NCBI GenBank assembly: GCA_965112155.1
Contig: OZ218100.1
Source: Podarcis liolepis
Lineage: Eukaryota
DNA length: 64,000 nt
Strand: one strand, 5' to 3'
This document shows, piece by piece, positions 10,901 to 22,900 of the stretch. The notes beneath the pieces are model-generated. The model was given only the letters and a program-made list of their open reading frames with translations. It ran no database searches and was not told where the DNA came from. Made by a program: the position numbers and the translations under genes. Position 1 is the stretch's first letter. The number at the start of each line of letters is the position of its first letter.

Positions 10901-13900
10901 ATCCTCTTTTAAATCCATCTAGGTTGGTAAACTATCGCTGCCTCCTGTGGGAGTAAGTTCCACAGTTTATGAGCTGCATGAAGAAGTAACTTTCTTTTAT
11001 CAGCCCTGAATCTTCCAACATTCAGCCTCATTGGATTGCCAAGGGTTTGAGTGTCATAAATTAGGTAGCTATTGACCCATTAGTGGCATGTCTCCACTTT
11101 TCTAGTAAATGTTTTTACTGTCTATTTTATTCTTTTAAGTTTCATTTTTCTTACTTCGTTAGATGCTGGCTGGACTCCATTATACTACCCCAACACGCAG
11201 CATTTTAAAGTAAACCAAATAACTGGCCAGCACCAGCAAGACTATCCTCTGAACTCAAAGTAATAATGCTGCAATTCTGTGAATACTTTATATTTGTAAA
11301 AAAAACAAAACCTTTAAAAAAAACAACAACTTGAAGGCTGCAGACTCCCCCTCCCCAATGCTAGAGCTCACATCTCCTTCCAGAAGGATAGTCTTCCCAA
11401 TTTTAATGAGGTGGTAATTTTCAGTTGCAAATACACAGCTTCACTAGCACAAGTATCAGTTTAGAGTTGGGAGGGGGGGAACCAAACAAAAAACCCCTCG
11501 CATGGTGGGGGCAGGAGCTGGCATCCTCCAAGGGTCTAAGGCAGTGGTGAAGAACCTTTTAGACACTGAGTGCCCAAACTGCAACCCAAAACCCACTTAT
11601 TTATCACAAAGTGGGATAATAATGATTGTCTGCATGCACACATACAAATAAGTATAAATAAACCCAGCCAGATGGATGGGGTATTATTATTATTATTATT
11701 ATTTGCTCTTTTTTGTTACTGGCAACCCAGCAGCCGCAGCACTTATGTGTGTTGTGAAGCAGGCCGTTAGGCAGAGCGCTCTCAGGATACTTTCCCTGCA
11801 TGTGGGTGTGTGGGTGTGTATAGATGTCTGTCTGTTTCTCTCTCTCTCTGTGGCCCCTTTGGCGCTTCTCTCCTGAGCATCGGAGAACAAGAGAGAAGCA
11901 GAGAGGGAACAGAGAGACAGACAGAGGACTCAGCGTGGGACTCGGGGAAACCCGCAGCTGGCAAGCGACTGACCCATTCACCAGGGAAGCTGGAGTCGCT
12001 ATGTTGGGTTGGGGCTTGGGTGGGCAGGAAGGAGAACTGAGGCTCATTGGCTTTGCAGCGTGCAGGCAGCAAGGTCTCCTGTTGTGAGGTGTCTTCAAGG
12101 AGCAGCTCGCCTCCACCCCTTCACTTCTCCCAGCCCCTCTTCATGACATTCACTCCTTCTGCACCTTGCCCACCCTCTCACTGGCTCTCCCTCTTCCCCA
12201 CCTGGTCTGCGCTCTCCAGAACAGGAGAAAGAGCAACCTCCTTCTGAATTCAAAAAAAGGAGGAGGGAAAAGCAGGGAAATCAGGCTTATGCAAAAGCCA
12301 GGCAGAAGCATCCCGATGTGGCACGTTGCAAAGCTGCCCCCTCTTCCGTGTGTTTTGCTTTGCACAAGGGTGGACCAGCGTAGCGCTCCCCTCCCTGGCA
12401 TGGGAGGGCAGGCTCCTTCTCCACCCCCACCCCGCTCTGCATCTTGGATCTTGAAAACAGCAGCACAGCCCGAGCCTGCTGTTTGTCCTCAAGGGTAAGA
12501 GACAGACCCTTCTGTTAATTGATGGCTAGCTGAGCTGCCGCTCCCCGCCAAAATAAAAAATAAAAATCCAAACCTGCTTCGGATCCAAACCCACACCATC
12601 ACAACCCACTGTCTCCATGCTTCCTTACCCAGCGTCCTGTCTGAAATTGCAGCATGGGGGGGGGAGCTGGCTGGCTAGCACACAACTCTCCCCCATGCTA
12701 CTGTGGGCAGCGTGCACTCAGGGAGCGTTTCCTGCCCACATTTGCGGGGGGGGGGGGCTGCACATCCGCCAACCAACTGGTTGGCGTCATGCAACTCCCC
12801 TGATGCTGCTGAGGGCGGCATGCACCTTAGGGAGCATTTCCCACCCGCATTGGCATGGGGGGAGCGGCTGTCCCTTTGCCAACCCCCAGTAACAGCCCTG
12901 CATGCCATCTTGCGCGTGTGCCATCAGAGAGGGTTCTGAGTGCCCACTCTGGCACGCATGCCATAGGTTCGCCACCACTGGTCTAAGGAGAACAAGTGTG
13001 CAAAATTGTACTTCTGCTGTACTTTGTCAAAAGCAAAGTTTTAGGAAGTACATAAATGCTGGTCCTTCAATTTAGTGATTTGGAAATGCTGCAAAATCCC
13101 TTAGGCCTCTTATAGCCTGTCCACATGTTCTTATGCAAGTAGTTTGAAAGCATAGCTCCGCTCTTTGAATGTACCATGCATTCCAGACATACTTCCTTTT
13201 AACACATATTTCCTCTCTCCATATTAGTTTTATAACTGGTTTTGGTTTTAAAGCATTAATGTGCCAGTTATGCAGAAATCACCTGAAAAGGAATGCTCAA
13301 ACAACATTCTTTCCAAATGTTCACCGCACACACCACACACCAAGAAAAACAACCGATTCCCCTCCCAAATATCCTGGAGCCTTAGCAAAATTTGTTGGTG
13401 ATCGAAAGGACTCATTACACTCTGTTGCTTCGTATATTAGTACACATGGTGAAAATCTCTGCACCATTATAGCATAATTTTCAGGCTCATTCAAGTGGCT
13501 TAAAGCCTACTTCTCCCAATCCATGAATGTAAACACATGTTTGCATTTGGGGCAACACGTTTAGCCTTAATCTGAGATATGAATGAGCCTTCTGGCAGTG
13601 CGCACAGACTCTTTCCTCTTTAACATACTGCAATAAGCCAATAAGTCTTCAATTAACCATAATTTCCTGTTATGTCCAAAATGGGAAACTATGGTTAACA
13701 ATGTTCAGAACAACCCAGGATCTTAAACCATGGTCTGAAGCTGGTTTAAGATCCTAGCTTGTTCTGAACATTGCAGCCATAGCTTCCCAGTTCAGATGTA
13801 GTGGGAAAGTACAGTATGTTTAATTGAAGGCTTATTGCAGCATGCAGAGAAGAGAGGAGGGAAGAGCAATGCAAGGACAGAGTGTGTGGGCAACAAGGCT

Positions 13901-16900
13901 CATGCATACTTTGGTTCAAGATGCTGATATAGAATGATCTGAGCCAGGCCGATAGGGAACTAAAATATAGTATAAGGATGGCCACCTGAGTTTCTCCTTC
14001 ACTCTTTATATGCACATTTCAAATCTCCTTTCCATGACATTAGTGTCAAATCACTAATACATAAAGTGTCTCCAATAATTCCAGTGGAAGCCTTACACTA
14101 CCATTGCAAAACGCTATGAATCATAGCTAATGTTGTCAGACTGTAACTGAGAGACCTGGCTCAGGTGGCAGTAAGGTTTCCATCAGCAGAATGAGGAGAA
14201 AAGCAGGTTTGGGATATTTCCCCCTTCCCCACTGCAGACCCCCCACAGTCTCACTAAATCCGCCATGGAGGGTCCAACCCTGTGTAGCAGATTTAAAGGA
14301 GGGTTAGCTGCAGGGGGAAGGGGGAAATATCCCAAACCTGCTTCTCTCCTCATTTACATTCCCCACTGTAATAGGAATGTGTTCTGCTCTTTTCTTTTCC
14401 TGCCATTGTGATTCACCCCAAACTGCTGCACAGCACACCTGCAGGTCTGACCATTACAGCAAGTGGAGGAAGGGAAGGACAACAGGACCAGGGGAAAAAG
14501 GGCGGGACAAGCCATGGCTGCCTCACTTCTAACTGTACTGTGCAATCTGAAAAGTGCACTAGCAGACTGCAGGGTTACAACCTTTAAATCCCAACCAATG
14601 CAAAAGACCTCACTCTTCCATATTATCAGTCCAACTCATCCAAATCTCTTGTCCACCTCCAACTGATCCTCCATTACAGGTAGGATCTCAGAGCCACCCT
14701 GTTCCCTGGGAGCAAAAAATAGTCCCGAGGCATTCAGCGCTTCTTAGCTCGGATTACTGTGATATGTAAGACCAGATTCTTCATGTGGGTACCTATGGGG
14801 AGTTCTTCCCAAAGATCACACTAGAATAAAATGCCAGATTTCATCCTTGGAAAGAAGCTATGGTAATCACTACTTGTTTTACAGCCAAACCATGTAACTG
14901 AGTTTAATTTTTCATGTACCTTACTGAGACACAGCTTAAGCAAAGGGAGAAAGGCATGTTACTTTTGGGAACCAAACAAGAAGAAAGCATATAAAGTTAA
15001 TAAATCAAAAATACCCAAAGTAATTAGTGGCTGAAGATTTTCTTTCTTTCTTTTTTTCCTCACAAGATTTTATGCTGCATCAACTGTATTTTCTGATGGT
15101 CCTTTTTTTGTGGGGGGGATGTGCTCCACTGTATATGGCAGCTCCTGACTAAGTCTGGGGAGATTTCCCTTTGAGCCAATAAAACCTGGGAGATTGTTTT
15201 GGGAAACCCCTTCTGTCATCATTCTGATATTTTGGGGCGCTTACCATTCCCCCCCTTTCTTCTTTCTCCGAGCCCATTTAGGTAATTAACTTCTACTACT
15301 GTTGTGCCAAATGATCCCTAATCTCAGGTGTCACTCTGCTGTGGTCAGGAGTAAGCAACCTGCCCCAGTCCCCCAACTCCCATTTGGAAGTGGAACATTT
15401 CTCTCCCCATTTTCCAGACTGCACAATGCTTCAACATTGCCACTTGCAGCTCCAGTGCTTCCTGTCTCATTCATTTAATGGTGCTGGGGCAAAGCCACAC
15501 TCACCCTCCTGAAGGAAGCAAGAGAACAAACCCCCTTCACTTTATCTTCTAGGAAATCAAGAACATCGTATCATGAAAAAGGGAGTGGCTTTAGAATTGG
15601 GAGCAAAGTGGGCTAAACAAAGGCAAAAGTTAAGATTATATAATGTATTAGCATGGATGGCATGAGAAGGAAAATTTAGCTTATTGTACTCATGTCAGAG
15701 TAGGTGAAACTTTAAATCACAAATGGGATTTTTTTACACTGCATAATGTTGAGTAATCTCATTCTAAAAACCTATATAATCTTCCTTTACTATTAGGTTT
15801 CACAGGGAATAGATTCTAAGAAAGGATGATACAGCAGAACCTCGGTTTTTGAACATAATCCGTTCCAGAAGAACGTCCAACATCCGAAACGTTCGATAAC
15901 CAAAACCTGAACCCTCAATACAATAGAGAAACTCAAAACGGAAGCCGCGAAGTATGTTCAGCTTCCGAAAATTGTTCGAAAACCGGAGCAGTTACTTCCA
16001 GGTTTTCGGCGTTCGGAAGCCGAAACGTATGACAACGGAGGCATTCAACAACCGAGGTTCCACTGTACTAACTTCTAAGAAGCAAGAAGAATGAAGGACT
16101 GCACATGAAACAAAACAGAAATAGGCAGTCTTTACCTGGGATGCAGTCTGCATGGTGCCCAATTTGCAGTGATGGTTTTTATGGAAATGCAATTTCCCTA
16201 TTCAATTTCTAATTGAATGTCCTTTTTTGTTTTTGGCAAAAGCTTTAAAAAGTGCAAGGTCCTGGATCATCTTACAGTGGAATGCAGCATGGAAATTTAA
16301 AGGATACTCCATATATGAATCACAGCAAAATCTTAACAGCAATTCCAGTGTGTAAACCACAGGAAGAATGCCCAAAGGCATTTGCACTACCAATTAATGC
16401 AGTCTATTATCTGGTTCCCTTAAAAGTAATCTCATTAATGAGGCAGCAGCAGGCAAAAAAGGCAATTCCCAAAACAAGGAAACCAGTTAAGCATTTCCAG
16501 AGAGGCATCGTAGCTGACCAACAATGAATTAGCTTAGGGTGAAAGGGTAGGGGAGGACAAACCACTGCAAGCTGAAATGATGATGTATTAAAAGAATACT
16601 AGGAACTCCGTAACACATTCCACTGTTTATACCTGATTTCCCAGGAAGAACTGACAAGAGATGGAAAATGGGAGAAAGACATAATTAGTGTAACAGGAAA
16701 TCCTCTAGAACACACTCTAACAGCACATACACATTCTACATCTTCCAATTTAGTATGTAGCTTAGAGATGTGCCGATAACATCAGCTGTCTGGGCTGTTA
16801 ATGCTGTCAGACCTGACTCCTATGACACCTATCTATTGCTTGCTGCATAATCTGATTTCCTTCCGCCAAATTCTCAATGGAAAATGATATTGCTGAATTG

Positions 16901-19900
16901 AAATGAAAGAAGGGGATGACAATTTGGTAGATCCCCCCTTGATATCTACTTGCTGGTTTTTCTGGCACATTTTCTATCTAGAAAAAGGAAAGCATGCTTC
17001 AATGAAATCAAAATCAAACAAAAAGAAAAGACAGGATGGTGATGACAGAGTACAACTTTATTCAAATATGTTTGGAAGGCTAATACACTCCCAACTGTTT
17101 GCTCTGTTGGGAAAATAATAATAATTCTAATTCAGAAGTTAATGAATGTTCCACTATAAAACCTTGAAACCTGTAGGTATAACTCGGTGCACGCATGGAA
17201 TATTTGTAACAGGCATTAAGCTCTATTACTTGGAAGTTTCATCAAAACCCAGGCTCCTTTGGAAAGTTATTTACAATTCCAATGCAAGAAAAGATTTATT
17301 GTGACTTCGGTGGTATAATAGTAGCTTTTCTTCTTCTTCAATCACAAGCTAAAAGATCAGATGGGGTGATTAAAGAACAGCTGTGGTGCATGAGGTGGGG
17401 TCCTGCCACTGCGGCACTCTGTTGGCTGCAGTGGTGCTGCCACTTGCTGGGGATGCAATGGGGAGCCAGAGAAGAGATGAGGGCAGGAGACCACTGGGTT
17501 GACAGCAGTGGTGGCCACAGGGGCACATGCATCTGCGCCTACCACAACTACTCTGCTGCCACCTCACCCCAGAGAACGATAGCACCTGCAGCCAAGAGGG
17601 TGGCACAACAGCAGCATCTCACTTCATGCACTGTGGCTGGTGAAAAATGCAATAGGGTCCAAAATGATGATGATGATGATGTTGTTTTAAAAAAGAGAAA
17701 ATACCTCAAATTCACACTGTATTATTAATTTAGTTAAATTACTCCTTTGCAGAACAGGGGAGTCTAAATCCAACAGATAACATGACTGTTTTCTATACTT
17801 ACTCTGTACTTGTTATCACCAATCTGCTCCACTTGGAATCGCTTTGCGCATTTACATTTTGCTACCTGCCTTGTCACCTGTCAAAACGACAATCAGAAGC
17901 AAATTATATTAATTGCCATTTATGGTAAGTTGTGGAATCAGGTCAAGAAAACAATGGGACTACAGTGGTACCTCGGTTTACGAACTTAATCTGTTGCTGA
18001 AGTCTGTTCTTAAACCAAATCCGTTCTTAAACTGAGGTGCGCTTTCCTTAATGAGGCCTCCCGCTGCCAGTGCCCTTCCACTGTTTGGCTTCCATTTGTA
18101 GACTGAGGTAAAGTTCACAAACCGGAACACTACTTCTGGTTTTGCAGAGGTTGTAAACTGAATAGTTCATAAACAGGGCTGTTCGTAAACCGAGGTACCA
18201 CTGTATAAGTTCAACATGCAATTCCAGAGAAAGATACTTTAAGAAAGAGGCTGAGGGGCGGGGAGAGGGGAGGGAGAAGAGCACCTCATCTTCAATTTTG
18301 TCGGCATCTGTCAGAGGCTTGTATGCATCTTTGTTCGGATGAAGTGCTGCTACAAACTCGTAGTAGTCAATATAGCCATCACCATCTCTGTCAAAGATAT
18401 CCGCTACTGCACTCATTTCCAATCGACTAGTAGGAAATTCTGCAGATGAAAAGAACAGTTCAAGTTAAAATGAACAACTCTTACCAATAACCTTTCGGGA
18501 AACTGACTTACTAGCATTCCAAAACTCTGAGGAATTAAATTTAATATGCAAATGATCGAACTTTGCTTCAAAACTTACTTGAAGAAAGAATCCCATCAAT
18601 AAATTCCTGTCTGGTTATCTTTCCATCCTGATCTTTATCGATCCTCCTAAAGAAGTCCATGACTCGAGATTTCTTATGGTTCATCCAACGCATATACTTC
18701 TTCCGCCAAATATCAAAATCAAAGTTGGCAAATTCTTTCAGCTTGAGACAAAAGGAAAAATGGGAAAAAAGAGGTGAACTGTCTTGTGAGAAATACATAT
18801 AATCGTGATGCTAAAGTTCAGAGCAGATGTTAATGTGCAAAGTGTAAGTCAACCTTAGGAACCTTTCCCTTGCCCTTCCCAAAACCCTGTTCCCTTTTTT
18901 TGAAACTAAAGTATGAAGGGGGCTTACAAATCCTTAATTATCACTATGATCACCATTCAAGTAACTCTAAACCATGGCAAACTCTGACAAGGAAAGTGGT
19001 GAATTTGTTCTGAAGGGAGTACAGGGAAAGCGGAAGGAGCATACATCCCAATATTATGTCTACACAACACCAATGGCACTCCATGCTGATGTCTGCTTAT
19101 GTGATATATCTCCATCACAAAAAAGCAAGGGAGAAATTAACATAATTAATGTAAATTGCTTTAAATATAATTAATGTAAATCACTTTGAATTACCTTTGC
19201 AATAAAAGTGAATAATTATAATGATGCACAAGCAGGGCTTTCACATAATTGGGTGTTGGTACGCACTGACCAGCGCATAAGCTACTTCTGCCTGTCAGAG
19301 GAAGGGTATATGCCTGGTCCTCCACCACACGAAGAGGAGTGGCCAATAAGACATGAGCTAAGGCTTAGTTATAGCAAACACATCTGTTGTTTACTGACCT
19401 CCTCTAATCGGTCTAAAGCATCATTAAGTTTCCTTCTTCTTTCCAGAGCCAGAAGCCAGACTTGCTGCCATTTGCTGACCAAGAGGTTCACCCGTGGATT
19501 CTTGGTTTCAATCTGAGCCTGTGCACCTGAGGGGTACATGCTTGGTGTTGGGGAACGCTTTCCTGTTAAAATACAGGAAAATGTACTGTACTTCTGCTTC
19601 TCAAGGCAATGCAAACAAAAGGTAGCATAGCATACATGCTTGTTTCTATAGGAAGAAGGGAGAGGCCTAACATGCCTGTGATTCCAGGCGCCATCTAACA
19701 GAAGGGTAGGTTTGGCTTTAGGGCCACAGCTTCCTGACCCTGTAGACAATCCTGTCCACTTCATAAATCAGAAATAGTAAGTTAAATTCTGACAGCTTTT
19801 AAATAATCAGTTAATGACTAAAGGCAATGATATATGTGATACCACATTATATATAAATGTGAGATCATTACTTACTTCCTCCTCTTCCTTTATCCAGTAC

Positions 19901-22900
19901 AGGAATATGAGAATGAATTGGACCAGATTCAGCTGCTTTCCTTTTATGCGTCTTAGTAACCTTATCCACATCAGGCTGTTTTCTAGTCATTTCCTCCATG
20001 AATGTCTGCAATTAAAGGGTGGTTGCTTTGGCTAACAATGCACAACAATAATTTGCAACATACCCTGTTTGGGGGTACAAAGGTTCTGATCCAGATGTCT
20101 GTGGGATCTCCCATGTATGCACAGAACTCCTACTTCACATGCTGATTTCTCTCATATCTAGATTAGCATCTACATTGGATACAGCATCTCCTTGCTAACA
20201 CCTGAATGCCTACACAACTACCTTGTCTGCCATGAGCACATGGATGAGAACAACAATATGGGCTGTGGCTTCTTGAGCTACATGCTCAGATTAAAAGAAA
20301 GCACTTCCACCAACATCCAAGTGTTCCAAAGTGCATGTTTCTTCCACAATAAGGATATTGATCTCATGTCCCAAATAGTAACGACAAAGTTCTCCTAACT
20401 GGCTTACCGACAAGGAAAATACTCAACTTTGACTTTATGAAGGAACTGTGTGGTCCCAGAACAATTCTAAGGCATATTGTAGAATGTAAAGTTGAACACA
20501 AGCAATACAGTGTTATCTTACAGTCCAGCTTATTTATTGTTTTCAATTTCTTTTTCTTTGCTGTCCTGTCTCTTTATTCTAAAGGAGAAATCAATTGCAC
20601 GGTGAATTGGTGCACTGGTTTACTGTGTACAAGAACAGAGCAGTTTCCCTTAATATTGCTTTTCTTCACCTTTTACCAGGACAATGCTGTACAATACAAT
20701 GAAACAACATAAATAAAAACAGAAGGCTACGTGAACCAGAACCCTTGTTTGATCATGTGGCCAAAGCATGTTTTTTTAATTGCTTATTTAAAAACTTCTG
20801 TTTCACCTGAACTTCCAAAATACGCATATGCACATAAGTACATTGAAGCTGACTAGTTTGATCATAATCATAGCAATGGCCCTCTTACCTGATGCTCAGC
20901 TATGAGTGCCTTAACATCATCAATCTCCTGAGGAATGACTTCCTTATCTTTTTCACTAAGTGTTGTCTCTGCCCACTGCAACCAGGTTAATAATGCTTCC
21001 AACAGCTCTTGATTAGCGATAAGTGCAGCCAGGGCCCCTGCCAATCTCTGTTGATGTTGCTTTGCCCATGCTAACACCTTGAAAAGAAAAGTATGCATGA
21101 TATTCACATTCACACAACCCAGGGCTTTGGGTGTTCCATTACTTTCACATGAACAAATTTGGCAGAATTATCAAAGGACTGCTGAGCAACCACATTGGTG
21201 AGCTCTGTGAGTAGAAGCTGGAACTCTTTGCACCCCATGAAGAGAAGTACAAAAAGAAAAGTCACTGCCTTTTTACTGTGATCCAAAGGTTTCTAGAAGC
21301 ACAGAAGTGTTGGAAAGCACTGCTGTGTTTAATGATTGGGTATTTAGTGTTGTAACATTTTGAGAATTATCACACAATACTCCTTAATCCTTGACAAATG
21401 GCCATAGTGGTTGGTGCTGATGGGAGTTGGAGTCCAACAATGTCTGTAGAACCACAGCTTCCCTATCCCTTTTTCAAGGCTTAACTTCTAATTCATTGTG
21501 ATTATCTCTGAACATGAACTGATCTGGGGAGTGTTTTACTTCTTCCTCAAGAGACATTTGCAAAGGAAGAGCCAAAACCAGCCTATTACACATGACAGCA
21601 TGAGTATGTTAAACATTTTGCTCTCGACAGCTGGATTGTTTCCTCACAATATAAGTGCCTTGCTAATTGTCAGTTGTGTTCCAAGATATCAAAGACTGAT
21701 TATTATTACCAGAGAGAACTTGCTAGAGATGGACTGACCTCTTCAAACCTTGCTCTGATGATTGTTATCCAGTGCTTAATGGTAGTGATGGAGTCTGGGT
21801 GGCAGATAGCCAGGATGGCTTCTCCCATACCTGTGGCTTTCGTTAGCTCAGCCTTTTTTTCTTCCAGTTTTCTCATGAATTCCTAAGGCAAAAACAGTGA
21901 TTTCAATTAGGTGCTGGCAGTGGTTCAAAGGTAAAATCCAAGTGATTTCAGACTTTGCTGGTTTAGCCAAAAAGAGCAGATGCCTACACTGAATCACTTG
22001 GCATCTGAACTGATCCAGTGGCAGGGAAGGAAGAAGAGAAGCAAAGCATGAGGAAAGTGATTCACTTATTAAGAATATTTTAAGATCCACTGTAGACTAA
22101 GGGCTAATTGAAGAGACAAAATGCATGCTGGAGTCTGCAATTCAATACTGCAATATTTATGCACACACACACACACACACACAACTTTGTGAGACAGTAC
22201 TACTTAGATGTCATAGCAAGTTAATTACTTTTGGACATGTTTCAGGAAACCCAGTGGGTTGATTATTTAATCAAACCACACACTCAACTCAGAGCACCTC
22301 TGCTCAGTTGTATAACTGGGCCAGCATATATTTATGCAGACTTCTAGGGACCATTCACTGAATTCTTGGACTGCAGGATGCTAACATGTCGACTGCAGAA
22401 GTAACTGACCTACTGAGCTATCTAAACCTCCTTTAGGCCAGACTGTGTGTTGGATCAGGCAAAAGTGTCCCTTCACTCAACTCTCCTGGCTGAGACAGCC
22501 TCCTGCTGCCTGCTGAATCATCCAGGGACGGGGGGGGGGAGGGGGTTCCTGATGGAGGGAGTGGGCAGGGCTATGCTGACTTGAGATTCACTGGATCCCA
22601 AGCCAGTTTCACTGCTATTGTGTGACAGCATCTGGTCTGGACTGGACCCGAACATCCTTTACCCTCCACGCATCTTCCATTATTCTCACCCTGAGTAGCA
22701 GGACTTACGGATATGGCAGTGGCCTTGCTGCTCCACAAAGCCCCACATGTGGGAGGATGGCGCCCTGAACCAGGAAGAAATCAGGACCTATCTATCTGGG
22801 TTACGAACTAATGCCAACTTCCCTGTGGCACTTGTTTCCTGCTTCCTGTGGATAAGGAATAGGGGATGCAAGCGTCTCAGGCCCACTTTCACTGGGGTTC

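Noticed and set aside
11570-12978. Dense cluster of 60-170 aa ORFs on both strands
   Set aside because: All lie inside the GC-rich hAT element; no recognisable domain.
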